Positions 13,501 to 25,400 are shown, counted from the stretch's first letter. The stretch is DNA of 64,000 nucleotides from Catajapyx aquilonaris (GCA_000934665.2 KZ538307.1:1-64000); one strand, 5' to 3'. Made by a program: numbers and translations. The notes: generated by a model not told the origin, from the letters alone.

Positions 13501-16112
13501 TGGACCCTAAGGATTTGGATAAGCTTACAAAGCAGTATGGATTTCCTGTTGGGGCTGCCACCCTGGCTGATGAAGTTGGGATTGACGTTGCTGCTCATGT
13601 GGCTGAGGACCTTGGCAAAGAGTTTGGGGCCAGGTTCGCTGGAGGGAATCCAGAACTTCTCAAGGAGATGGTTGCCAAAGGATATCTTGGTGGGTTCAGT
13701 TCAAGTGTGCATGGACCTTAAAAACCCACACCATATGGTTCTGCCCTCTGACATATTATCAATAATTTGATTGACTAGGTAACACTAAAGGCCAAAACAC
13801 AAAAAGATTTTGCGGCAGCGACAAGCGGCAAACGCGTGCCCCGCCAATTATTATTAATTATTGGCAACAATAAATCTAAATAATAAATATGCCGCAACGC
13901 GTGCCGTTTGCCGCGCGACTTTTTTTTGTGAAATGGCCTTAAGAAGCAGGGATAGAGCAGCAGAGTTGTTTTGTGTATTCAAGACTCGCATGTAATCATG
14001 TAATGTGCATATATCCTATTGTGGTAGCCATTTTGCAATAATGGAATGACTGGGACATGTGCTGTACTTACTTTGACCTTTGTTTACCGACTCCTAGTCG
14101 ACAGGAATCTGCCAAACTCAATCCTGGAACTTCAATCTCTTCCACTTTCCATGGAAATGGACTCGCAATGATGTGAGTAAACGTAGTAAACATCGACAAA
14201 AATAGAACCAGGAATAGAACACTGTTTACGTCCATGTTTACTCATATTGTTGAGAGTCCATTTCCATGGAAAGAGGAAAAGTGTGAAGTTCCAGGGGTGC
14301 ATTTGGCAGATTTACATTTACTAGTAGTCAGTAAACAAAACAGAGATGTAGGGTCGAAGTAAGGGCGGGCCGCGTATAACAGCATAAAAATAGCTTTAAG
14401 CAGTTTTTATTTGTTCAAGTGCCATAAAAGTAACTTAGCACTGGTGTGAACCACTTGGTGTCAGAACTCAGTGTGTCCCAGTATATTGGGGGAACATGCC
14501 ACACATTATTTAATCCTTCTGTGCTTAAACTCAGTTGGGAAAGATCTAATGTACGGAAAACGAGAGAACGATCTGACTCCATCGTTTCTTCCATTGTTGA
14601 TTTTTGTTGACACTGTTTACTCATATTGTTCTGTTATTTTACATTGTGACCAACCAAGCTCATCATTTTATTTGACATAGAGAACTTCGACTTACAGAAG
14701 TCTTACTGTATTTGTACCAAATCAATTTTGCTATGTACCTCCTGGTAGATAATACTGATTTTGGTAGATCTCCTTTAGGTCTTAAAGGGTAACTTTCACT
14801 TTCTGGCTGTGTTACTAAATTCTAGGTCGCAAGTCAGGAAAGGGCTGCTATGTATACACCCCTGGTGTAAAGGAACGTAATGTGAATGAGGGTGCCTTAG
14901 AAATCCTGAAGAAATACAGCCTGGAACCAAGGGGATCCACTGAAACCATTGACAGGCAGCTGAGACTCGTCTCCAGATTTGTCAATGAGGCTGTACTCTG
15001 CCTGCAGCAAGGAATACTCAACAGCCCTGTGAGACTTATTTATATTTTTTCATGTGTTGGATATAACATATGTATTGAAATAGCATCCCTTTTTTTGTTT
15101 CATCCATTTTACTTAGAGCAAGAAGTGATGCCATCATGATATCACTATCCTCTCCAGCATTACCTGCTCTGGTAAGTGGTAAAGCTGGAGAGGAGAGTGA
15201 TGTCAGGATGATGTCAAATAAATTTAGAGAACCAAAAAACTAACCCATAGTATCGATTGAGTCAAGAAGGTACCAAACGTAACGTAATGATGCATTTTTT
15301 TTCTACATCAGCAAATCTGTTTGTGTGTCACTACAAAAATATGTTATTGGGGTGATAAACGGAGAAAATGGGCTTCTGTAACTTGAATTCGAATCACCAT
15401 TTGCATGCCACTAGGACCTGGAAGACAAGAGTAAATAAGAAGTGTCGCTACACTGCCATTATTCATGAAAATTTAGGGAATAGATGGATCAGCATTACTA
15501 TCATGCCTTTGTAGGCTATTTTAATCTAGTCGCATAGGAAAATAGCCAGCTAATTGGACAGGGCAAGTTTGGATGTGGAAGAAGATACTAAGCTGCTAGA
15601 TTTCAGTCAACTTTCTTGTTTGCTTTAGCTTGCCTGCCCTCTGCAGTTGTAGGTGACGGCAAAATTAATTCACTTGGAGGCAGATCTCTGAAATTCATTG
15701 TCTTGCTATTAGTGACCTAGAACTGGACATGTTTTTCCAGTTCTGAAACTCCTAAAACCATTTTGTAGTGACATGTAAACAAAGTCATTATGCAGTTGCA
15801 TCACAAAATGAATTGTGATATTTACAGCTGGATGGTGATGTTGGAGCTGTATTTGGCCTTGGCTTCCCACCATTTACTGGTGGCCCCTTCCGCTTTGTTG
15901 ATACCTTCGGTGCAGCCAACCTGGTGTCTAAGATGAGAGAGTATGAGTCCCTCTATGGAGAGGCTTTCACCCCCTGCCAGCTGCTGCAAGACATGGCTTC
16001 TGAACCCTCAAAACGGTTTTACCCTTCATCTGGTGCTGCTGCATCATTCACCACCTACCAGGAAGAGAAGGTGAAGGATGCACCTCGGGAAAAGGCACGA
16101 GCTTCTTTGTAA
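2417..16112 (+). CDS. HADHA: Mitochondrial trifunctional enzyme subunit alpha (enoyl-CoA hydratase / 3-hydroxyacyl-CoA dehydrogenase), 10 coding exons, about 790 aa
   Basis: join(2417..2483,8195..8307,8385..8657,9020..9270,9866..10246,12328..12498,12711..12933,13284..13689,14826..15028,15828..16112). All introns GT-AG with consistent phases (2373 nt). Arg/Ser/Ala-rich presequence [20 protein letters not shown]; hydratase motifs [32 protein letters not shown]; Rossmann [47 protein letters not shown]. Confidence 0.97.
3884..3941. mobile_element. 58-bp palindromic mini-MITE (GGCC termini, Harbinger/Tourist-like)
   Basis: GGCCGCTGTATCCATAGGCAAGACATT ... AATGTCTTGCCTATGGGTACAGCGGCC is a near-perfect hairpin flanked by TA on both sides. 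Confidence 0.6.
4140..4395. mobile_element. 256-bp MITE with about 31-bp TIRs and a 4-bp ATAA target-site duplication
   Basis: CGTCGGCCGGCGATCAAAACCTCGTAACTCC / GGAGTTACGAGGTTTTGATCGCTGGCCGACG; ATAA at 4136-4139 and 4396-4399. Confidence 0.8.
5229..6027. mobile_element. Non-autonomous piggyBac-type foldback element, 799 bp, with about 360-bp TIRs
   Basis: TTAA (5225-5228) CCCCTTCAGCCCCAGATCGGCCCGAACC ... GGTTCGGGCCGATCTGGGGCTGAAGGGG TTAA (6028-6031). Arms nearly identical; no transposase ORF. TTAA TSD and CCC/GGG ends are piggyBac hallmarks. Confidence 0.9.
6481..6656. mobile_element. Tc1/mariner-pogo-type MITE
   Basis: TA-CAGTTGCATCCGGATATAAC ... GTTATATCTAGATTCAACTCG-TA, with repeated subterminal (T)GTTATA motifs. 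Confidence 0.65.
7162..7393. repeat. 232-bp degenerate palindrome (probable MITE)
   Basis: About 105-bp arms: GGTGACC..GAGAGCGCTTTGCCC..ACCAGTGGCGAC..GCTTCTCTTCTACT and its reverse complement ending GGTCACC. Confidence 0.75.
7465..7698. repeat. (CT)n and (GA)n microsatellites flanking an assembly gap (N run 7626-7673)
   Basis: Directly visible. Confidence 0.9.
10480..10844 (-). mobile_element. tRNA-derived SINE, family A (copy 1), in HADHA intron 5
   Basis: Minus-strand head GGGGAGACGGAGTGGCGCCGCGG (A box) ... GGTTCAATCCC (B box); A/TAAA-rich tail; flanking repeat AAAGTGTTAA (10470-10479, 10845-10854). Homologous to 34610-34941. Confidence 0.9.
13789..13939. mobile_element. PIF/Harbinger (Tourist)-like MITE
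   Basis: TAA-AGGCCAAAACACAAAAA ... TTTTTGTGAAATGGCCT-TAA (3-bp TAA TSD), with internal inverted GCGGCAAAC/GTTTGCCGC motifs. Confidence 0.7.
14067..14363. repeat. About 300-bp degenerate palindrome (foldback MITE) in HADHA intron 8
   Basis: CTTTCCATGGAAATGGACTC / GAGTCCATTTCCATGGAAAG, AATCTGCCAAA / TTTGGCAGATT, CCTGGAACTTCA / TGAAGTTCCAGG. Confidence 0.75.
15126..15216. repeat. 91-nt hairpin in HADHA intron 9
   Basis: TGATGCCATCATGATATCACTATCCTCTCCAGC pairs with GCTGGAGAGGAGAGTGATGTCAGGATGATGTCA (33-bp stem, 3 mismatches when G:U is allowed). Confidence 0.7.
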
Positions 16113-16985
16113 AATGATCAGGAAATTTGGTGAGTGGTATGTGTTCTTAAAAAGGTAATGAAATGAGGTTGTCAAGTTCTTGATTGATCTTCAGTGATTT
16201 CTGTTCTATTTTGTTTAAGACAAGCAGGCAAATAGAAATGAATGCAACTATGTGCTAATTTGAATTGGACATGTTTAAACGTCAATGCTGAAATAATTAA
16301 AATGTTGTTCTGAAGATGAAATACCGGAATCCATATGATTTTGATATGTACTCATTTGATTCAATAATGTACTGTTCAGGTATAATTTTCAATATGTTTA
16401 TGGGGTGTCTACTGGAAGCAGAGGGATGGGCAGAGTGAGTGTAGGTACCCAATAAGGAAATATTGGCAGTCCATTTTTGTCATTGGTTCATGCAGAACTT
16501 CTGCCTGTACCTTCACTGCAAAATCACTGACAAGTGAGTAGATAACCTAAACCTAGAGGAACTCATTTTCGGTTGCAAAAAGAAGCTATGTGTTGTGTTT
16601 GGACATGCATTATTCAGGTGCTGTTTACTTGTTTGTTGCAATTTTTGGTGCACATGAGATATGTTTTAGACACAACTTCATGTTTGCCTGCTACCAAGTG
16701 CCTCATTCAACACTTGAGTCTGATAATAATGGGTATGATTCCTGAGGTGCTTCAAAATGAATATTTTTAACGTCCCTCTCCCTTTTGTCAACCCCTAACT
16801 ACCATAACCACAGCAGATGCTATGGATAATAGTATTAGACATTCCTCTTGGGATATGAAAATCTGTCCATGACAGTTGTATGATATACACGTGTAATTCT
16901 TGGCATCCAGATTAAAAGAACTTGTTTGGTTTGCATACAAAGAGTATCATATCATTACGCAGCTTGAGGGGGAGAGGTGGTTGAT

Positions 16986-19900
16986 TCAGTAGAAGTTGGT
17001 CTTCTGGCAGTTGTATTCCTGCTCCCTGAGTTTGGAGACACACCGTGAGCATGTGTGGATGGGGTCATGTTGGCAGAGGTTCATTTCTTTCTTGGCATCC
17101 AGCAGAGCAGTTGATTCCACCTCATCCATGAACTTGTTTCGACTCATCTCAGGGGAGGTGAGACCTGTAGAGCACTTGTGGTACACAAGTGGGTTGCATT
17201 CTGGTGGTGGGCATGGCACAAGCTGAAAGTATGAGCCAGAAATTTATTGGTGGAAGTCAAAGGAGATATTGTATGAAGTGGTGATGAGTTTTGTGTAAAT
17301 CGACTGTAGTTTCAGAAGATCTGTAGGGTGGCCGAAAAGTCTTGCATCAATGGGTGAATACAATAAGAAATAATCCCATGGGTAAAACCTACAAAATATT
17401 TTCAATGTGGTTCCCACCAATGTCAAAACGTAACTGTAGGTGTGTTTTCATGTTCTGTAGATTGCGGGACACCACGTCTGGGGAAATGGTGCAGCATTCT
17501 GCAGCAATACGCTGATGCAGATGATGCGTGTCCCTCATCTTCACAGTGTAACACTTTGGATTTCAGAACATGAAAACATGCCTGCAGCTATACAGGGTCT
17601 CCACAATGAACCTCCCTAGTTTCAAAGAGCGATGAAAAATATAAATACGGAAGCATATGAGGTTTTGGTTATTTCCATGGTCTGGAGATGTATCAAATTT
17701 TATTCTAAATTTTTGGAACTGCATATGTGATGCGGTGGTGCTCCTGTGGGGGAAGATGCAAACATAGCATCTACAGAGGGAAAAATTCAAGTTGTGTGGT
17801 GGTTAGCCGAACTTAATTTGATCACAGGAGTTCTGGACAAGCTGAATATTTCGCATTTCCACAACTCAAAGCAGAGTCTATGCAACTTTTTATATTTTAT
17901 ATTTTATATTTTATATTTTATATTTTGTTTAAATTAGATTACCCCTTGATACAGCCATAAACCGTTTTAGGGGGGTGGGATACCACCATCAGTTTTCAAG
18001 TGTTTTTTTACAACTTTTTCTTCATTCTCTGGTGCAAGGAAACGGACATTGGGAAAGGATAGGAATTGTTGGGGAGGGGACACTTGTGCAGGTGCAATGT
18101 CATGAAACCTTTGGGCCATGTGCAGTCCCCCAGGAGGCTAGGTTGCCAGACACCTCCAAGGTGCAGGTGAGAGACCCTCCCGATGCAGGTGAAAGGAAGT
18201 TCCCCAGGCAGGGATCAAACCTGGGGCCTTTCACTCAGCAAGCCGAGACGTTACCATCTTGGCCACCACAACTCCCCAGAGTCTATGCAACTGAAGTGGA
18301 CAGACCAAATAATGACATGTCCTCCATCACCCCTGACATGCTGGAGAGAACCTTGGGGGAGGGAGATTTTCTATCTTGATACTAAAGGAGCAATGGTGGA
18401 AGGCTACTTATTTTTTTACATAAACTTGATGATTGTCCCTTCTCATTTGTACAATTTCGATGCCATGATCCAGTGACTTATGTAGTAGTAGCAAGTGAAC
18501 ACTAGGGAGGTTCATTGTGGTCACCCTGTAGTGTGAATTGTGACATGGGACAGAACTTTTCCGCCACTCTGTACGACCACTTAAATAAAACAGATCATTA
18601 AGCTTGGTCGCATATATTTACAAGGGGTGTTTCCAGGATGGTTTTGGCCATGAATTGCTGCATTGGTGGTGTGAAGCCATTCAGGTGGCCAAAACCATCT
18701 TTAGGTTTGCATGTACCAGAAGCAGATTTATTCTAAATGGCTTGTAAAACAGTTTTCAGGCCTGAAATTCGTTGATACATGATCCCAAGTACACAGGATA
18801 TTAATACATGGGCTGTTTCATAAGTCATGGTGCATATTTTTAAATTCAAAAACAATAACACATTCGGAGATGACTTTACTAAGTTTTGAAACTTCGGTGA
18901 TTGCAATATTATCTGGTATATAGATGTCGCCCATATAATTATCGCCGGGGAGGGGAGGGGACGGGACGGGACATTGGAACTCTGTCTCAGTGAGGGCAAT
19001 AGTTTCCTTCAATGGATTGTGGATGGCGCATGGCTATGGTCATATTGCTCTGACTTGTCCCACACTCGAAAGCAAGCTCCCATGTCCATCAGCAAGTGTC
19101 CTGCATGCAACATTCAACAGCTCCAAGCGCGTCAGGCTGGGGCTGTCTTAGGGCGATGGTGTGGTGGGGGTGTCACGGTTCCCTTTTATTTTCCTGCCCC
19201 CCTTGTGATATGGGCGACATCTATTTACCAGATCAAATAATTATTGTAATCTCTGGGAGCTTCAAAACATAGTAATGTTCATCTCGGTATGTGTCACTGT
19301 TTTTGAATTTTAAAATATGCGCCATGACTTATGAAACAGTCCATGTATCTATGGAGTCACTCAGCATGCTCTTGTATGAGTAAAAATGCTACTTTAAATA
19401 ATAACATTCCACCAAGTAGATGTTTGATCTGAAGTACAACCATTTGAGGAGCTCTGGAACAGAGAGGTCTGTGTCATAATGGGTTAGAATGGGATATACA
19501 TATATTTTTTCCTTCTTTGCTGTTTATACAGATCACACATTTGGAATTGTTAGTGGGAATCAATCTATGAGTGCCACCAACTAGCTAGTGTTCTACTAGA
19601 CATGAACTTATAACACACAATATAACACCACCATCATGACATTTCCCTGTAAGAGGTAGTCGGTGATGAAGGAAGACTCAAGTTAACTCCACATATGAAA
19701 TAAATTAAAACTGATAAAAATAAAACTATAACTACCTGTCCCCTCCCCCCAACCCTGGCATCTCCGATGATGGACAGGGTGGCAGATACCCTGAGTTACC
19801 ATGTGCCGGCCAGCAGGATCCTGTCCGGCCACTCCAACACCCTGGCTGCCCAGTCTACTTCACTCCCTCCTAAGTTATGGCATGCAGGCCCTACTTCGCT

Positions 19901-21516
19901 GCGTACCGAGCTTCGGGGCTTTCCCCGCCCACCCGATCCCGTGGCCGCCTGGTGTGTGTAATTGTCTATGTGAATGCTCCTGTCGTCATCTGTGTACCTC
20001 CTTCCTCAGTACTCACCCCCATTAATTATAACCTACACCATTTATGCCTATCTAAACACTGGAGCAGGTTGGTGTAGGGGATAAGGAGCCCGCCTGCTAA
20101 TCAGGATGTCCTGGGTTCGAATCCCGTGGCCAGCAACCCTGACCATGGTTTTCTGTGGTTTTCCACGGTGTCCCCCCCCCCTCCAGGACAATTCCAGGGT
20201 CGTTTTCGTAAAAATAGGCCACAGCCGCTTCCTTCCTTCCCTATCCCTGGTCCCATCCAATGGTGGTAATCCACCCCCCTAAGGGTGAAAACGGCTGTAG
20301 CACAGGGTATGATAAATAAAACAAAGAAATTATGCCTATCTAAACAAGCACCCTTAGCCTCAGACATGTCCATGGTCCTCTTGACACATGACCATCTCAG
20401 CTTAACGCTAGCAACACTTATGCTTAAGACACTTATATTACCTCATTAAGTAGGATTTATAAACATTTCAAGAAAAGGGCAATGAAATATATTTTATGAA
20501 ATTAGAACATGGACTCACTTTTGTCGGGAGGATGGGAAACCTGGGTGCCCTGTAGTGGTCATGTGTGGTGCTGAGGTACAAAGATTTTGGCTCAGGTTCA
20601 TACTTGTGGGTGAGAACTTTTCCTTCTTCATTGGTTCGATCCACATCAGTGTGGCAGAGTGAAAATGTGTTGACCACGCTACGGCGTTCGGAATAGTCTC
20701 GCATGGACTTAATGTGGTGGATGCCCTGCTCCATGGCTTCCTGTGTTTGATCGAAGGTACACTCATTATAATCAGGGTACTTGTGATAATCTGAAGGAGC
20801 TTCATAGCACATTGTTTATAGGCCAATTAATCTACTTACACGAGTAGTTGGGGTGGGAATGTCATTGTAGAGAGTCCCCCAGCGATGGTAACTGGCTCGG
20901 AACTGGTTGATCTCCGGGGCAGTTTCTGCATCATAGTCTTTTGGGTAAGACTGCCTCACAACATGCCTGGAGAGAATTTTATGTTTCAAATTTGCTGTGT
21001 TCTGTATGTTGTGTAAGTTAGTTAACATCCATATCAGTAAAAACAATCCAGAAGCTAATAATTTCCACCCACTTCTGTCACTTCACCATCAAGTTTGGCT
21101 TTGAATTACACAAACACCATTATTAAGCCTGTTTATTAGGCTTTCAAGAGTAGCCTATATATTATTACCCTCAAAACTTGCACAAAGGTGTAGAAGCAAT
21201 TGGAAAAGTTTCAGCAAGAATTTTTCAGATATAAATGCAAGCTACCTTATGAAGCATATAAGTGCATAAGTGTTTGGTGCACACATTGTTAAAATAAGAA
21301 CAATATTAAGGAAGATTTTGGAAAAGGTTTGAAAGGTGGGTGTTTATTAAAGGATTCTACAGTGTCCTGTATTGAATGCCTGTCAGATTCCCACCTACCA
21401 CTCACATTGAAAGTACCTTACCATAAACTGTTTAAGACCCGTGGGTTGTATTTCATGTCGGGACTCCTGAGGAGGAGGGTCCCTGGCCTGTCTTTGTAAC
21501 ATGGAGCTGGTATCAT
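16986..21516 (-). CDS. CFAP95: Cilia- and flagella-associated protein 95 (C9orf135 family) homolog, 4 coding exons, about 239 aa
   Basis: complement(join(16986..17222,20519..20779,20840..20966,21422..21516)). Spliced N-terminus MIPAPCYKDRPGTLLLRSPDMKYNPRVLNSLWHVVRQSYPKDYDAE..SYHRWGT matches my recollection of the C9orf135 N-terminal block (ERKGSLTLRS..KY..PVL..WH..R.A.PK.YD.E..TYRRLGT); downstream STTHDHYRAP and LVYHKC..NKFMDE also align. Exon 1 is absent from the ORF track; the intron-2 boundary is slightly ambiguous. Confidence 0.8.
17888..18276 (-). mobile_element. tRNA-derived SINE (family B) in CFAP95 intron 3
   Basis: 16-bp TSD CAGAGTCTATGCAACT (17872-17887, 18277-18292); head GGGAGTTGTGGTGGCCAAGATGG..GGTTTGATCCC; (TAAAATA)n-like tail. 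Confidence 0.85.
18807..19345. mobile_element. Tc1/mariner-type MITE, 539 bp, with about 130-bp TIRs
   Basis: TA-CATGGGCTGTTTCATAAGTCATGG..TAGATGTCGCCCATAT / ATATGGGCGACATCTA..CCATGACTTATGAAACAGTCCATG-TA. Confidence 0.8.
20059..20329 (+). mobile_element. tRNA-derived SINE (family C, short form)
   Basis: 17-bp TSD TTATGCCTATCTAAACA (20042-20058, 20330-20346); A box TGGTGTAGGGG, B box GGTTCGAATCCC; A-rich tail. Confidence 0.9.
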
Positions 21517-21591
21517 GGTTTCTGCTACTCTTCTAACCCACGTTCCGTCACACTGAACCACACAATTAATTGAAACTGGCCTTGTCAACAA

Positions 21592-21670
21592 AGTCAGTTG
21601 TTATAGAAACCAAATAAGGATATATTATGCTAGAGTACGTATCCTTATTTGGTTTCTATAACAACTGACT
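21592..21670. promoter_or_regulatory. Perfect 31-bp inverted repeat carrying two RFX X-box motifs, 75 bp upstream of the CFAP95 ATG
   Basis: AGTCAGTTGTTATAGAAACCAAATAAGGATA - 17 nt - TATCCTTATTTGGTTTCTATAACAACTGACT. GTTGTTATAGAAAC (21597-21610) and its inverted copy (21652-21665) fit GYTRYY-N1-3-RRHRAC. The hairpin is certain; the regulatory role is inferred. Confidence 0.6.
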
Positions 21671-22434
21671 CTGTGCAGGATGGCCACAGAACAGTACTGT
21701 CATGTGCAAAAAGTAGGTGCATGGTTATAAAATGGGGTTAACGACATGAGTACACAACGAATTTGTACTGTGCCCTATTAAAGGTGGTTGCCATATTAGG
21801 GTAATACCACGTAATACCCACTTGTTGCTTGTAAGAGTACTTTCTGTCAATTTTCTCTGCCAGACATACTCTGGCATGCTCTGGCACATCAGTACTAACC
21901 CAAGGTAAAGGCCATGATGAAACAAACACTGGAGTTCTGATGACTGTGCAGCCCGAGGATACATCTGGCCGAAACACATTCGTTTGACAGATAGTAAGTG
22001 GAACAGGGCCAGCTTATCCTAAAATACTTAATCAACTGAAACCTTTTTTTGTGGGGTAAGATCATCTCAACCACTCAATTGGAACAACTTACATGAATGT
22101 AGCAAATTATAAAAAATAGATTATGCTGAGTGAAACTCATGGTCTTGAAATTAGACATTGAATTTATATTAGGTAATACATGAAAATGCCAAGAAAGAAA
22201 CTGGAATAAATTCAATTATCAAGAACTGATTCAGCTCTTGGTCATTTTTAAAGGGTACAAAATGCAACGTGTAGTACAAAATATAAGTTTATGATCCGTA
22301 TACAATGGCAGTTGCAAGGGGAATTATTTCTATACTGAAAGGAGGTTGATATTGCTCTGATTTCCTTCAGTCCTTTTATGTGATGGTGGTCTTCTTTTGT
22401 ATTTCCTTCCGGTTCATTTTTAAACCCCAGTTTG

Positions 22435-25400
22435 CTATTTCTTGGGAGTTTTTGCCCTAGCTTCAGACATTTTGGGTTTTCCTTCCTTTGAGATTTTGGG
22501 ACCCGGTTTGGCTGGTTTCTTTTCAGCTTGCTTCTTTCTGGAAGAACTTATCTTTCTTCGCACAGATGCCATGCTACCTGTGGCTGAGGTGGTTCCATGG
22601 AGTGTCTCTTGTTGCAAGGCATCCCTCTCCTGCTGCACGAGCCGCTTGTGACGCCAGATTTCCTCCTGCTCATAGTCTACCTTGGTACACTCCCAGATTA
22701 TGTCACAAAAGTCCAAGAAGTTTATCTGAAACAATGGGTAATTGTAATGTAACTTGCTGAGAAGCTTTATTTTCAGAAATTAATATGAACAGCCACATGG
22801 GGCACTATATGCAATATTAATTCTGGGAAGGGTTGATTTCACTGCAAGCAATGATAAGGTGTATATTTTTTGGTATTTGCATGCTATAGCTAATCATCAG
22901 TCATGTGTTTCAGTGTTTGTGTGTACTGGCACTGATATTGAATTACTTTACTACACGTATGGGTATGTGCCACATTGCAGTTATTGTGAAAGAATTGTGG
23001 TCACTAGTTCCATGCTGTCAACCTGAAGAAAGACGTCAAAGAAAATATTTTGGGGAAAAAGTGAAATGTAAAATGGGAAATATTTAAATAGTTAGAATGA
23101 GGCAGATCTAAAAGCCATCATATGTCGAAGGCCAGTATACTGTTAGTACTGAAGTCAGTTAGTCTTGTACCTCAAACTCCATGTAGAGATCTGTCCCATC
23201 TGGTCCGCCAATAATGTTCGGGTAAAGTTTCCTCATCTCCTGCACCAGATGATCTACTCTGACGTACTTGAGCACTCCATCTAGGTTAATCGGTTTCACC
23301 TGAGGACACTTGTCCTTCTCTGCCAGCACTTGTTGCACTGCATCATCAATGGTTGTGGTCACTTCTGCATGGGCCGTATCCATTAGCCTCATCTCCTCCT
23401 CATGTTCAGCAATAGTCTTCCCTACTATCCGGCGAATGAGGTCTCGTGCAGCTATGGGTGCCCCATTGGAATTCCCACATGCACAGAACAGCTCGTACAT
23501 GAGTAACAGAGGTGGAAGACCCTCTCGATGCCACGGCTTTTCATCACCCCACCACCACGACCTGGCATTTTCCGCAGCGACTTCCGCATCTGCGGTGTAT
23601 GGTGGCTTAGGAGGTGCCCTTCCACTATAGCAATTGGGGAGCACATCTTCCTCAAGGAGAGTTCGTAGGGCCTTGGCCATTTTGGGGATATATCGAGTGA
23701 TCCTTTCTTCTTCGTTCTCATTTTCATTCTTCTTCTCATTTTCTGATGCCTCTTGAGAGACCGTTGGAGGGCAAGGGTCCCAGTAAAGGAGCAAAGCTGC
23801 AGTACACAAGTACTCCAGAAATTGATGGAATGCCAACTCCTCAAATGGGTTGTGATTCAGGCCACCCACTATTTTGGCTGTAAATGTATAAGAAAAGCAC
23901 ACATCATAAATACAGTTTTGTACAATTCACCTCTTGGGCCCTCTTTAACTTACTGTACTTCACTTCAAGTCTTGATGGGGTGAGGCGCTTCTTTTCCAAC
24001 TGGGCTTCCCTTGCGATGAGCCAACAACCCATCTTGGTCATGGTGCTGACACCATCCAATGGAGGTGTGCATTTCCCACTTCCCAGCCAAGCATACCGGT
24101 TGTACACATCCCTGAGCTTGTCCACATACTGCAGCACCATTTTGCCCATCCAGATAGACTCTTTCACAAGTTCGGGTTCATCCTCTTCTCCCAGAAAGTG
24201 GGCCAAGAACACTTTCCAGTCGCAAAAGTGGCTTGAGACATGGAAGGGCACCACTTTCTTTTCCTGGTTGCACATCAACTTGTCAACACGAAAGAGGCCC
24301 GTGAACACCATTCCGTTAGGAGTGGTGTAGGTGCCTGACCCTTGACGCAAATTGTTGCACCACTCTCCCTCGTATATGGCTCCTGAGGAGTACCTCATAA
24401 TTCCAAACCCATGCCTACATCCGTTGAGCCACTGCCCTGTGTAGGAGGTGCGGAAGGTCTGGGCCATTGGGAGGAGAGTGGGCACATACCACGTGTGCTT
24501 CCCGTAGCCGTTGGGTTTGCCATGCCCCCACTCCCCAGCGTAGCTTTGCATCACCTGGAAATGGGACGGAAACGATCAATTATGTTGTCCTCAGATTTTC
24601 CCTTCGTGCCATAGGAAAAGCAGTGCAAAAAAGTTCATGTAGGCTTGAATCGGCTATCTAAAATAGGAAATAAATAAAAACGAATGTCCCAGGAAATGTT
24701 TCAAAAGGGAGGAGGCAATTTCATAAAAGTTCCAACTACGCGTACATTAAATACGGGTTTAAGGTAGTCTCTCACTCTCTAGGCACGTGTGTACTGTACA
24801 ACATAATTCATCTCCTTCCTTCAGAGATGACGCTGCCAACAGTGCCCAGAACTGTCGCCAAGAAGTATCCCATCGTAAATTTTGGTTCCCGAGTGCTCTG
24901 CTCCTCATTTCCAACCTTCTGACAGCAACTGCGAAATATCTCACATCATGTTGTCCTTCTCCTGTCCATCTCTTCTGCTTTTATCACGAGAGATTTTTAT
25001 CGGGCGAATTCCTTTCACGGAAGAAAGGACTGTGCAGTGTAAACTTCATCTCATATCAAACAATATTAATATCCCGCATTTTTTACTTGCTGTGTAGTAT
25101 GTAACCTACCTTCTTTATACGTGTAGGCCTATAACAATAATTATTGTCTTGCTACTCCAGTATGTGAATAGGGAATTGTCTTTTTGTTGTGTGCATTAAC
25201 AAAAGTACAATCGTGGCAACCTCTAGGAATAACGGCCCTTTCATAATAACTGTTGCACCACATTCTTTGGCACTTCGCAAGTCCTGTGCATGCAACTGAT
25301 TTATCTGTGCAAGTACAGTGTCGTCTTTCCCTGCTTCAACGTGCCGAGACATGTCATACCCTTGCATCATGCCTTGCATGACGGAATTCAATGTGTAGCG

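Noticed and set aside
19767..20030. Possible degenerate LINE 3' fragment (RILSGHSNTLA)
   Set aside because: Similarity too weak to support without a search.
23904..23953. RSPH10B donor at GAG|GTGAAT (23930)
   Set aside because: Phase 0 is incompatible with the phase-1 acceptor at 23877; the GTAAGT donor at 23953 fits.
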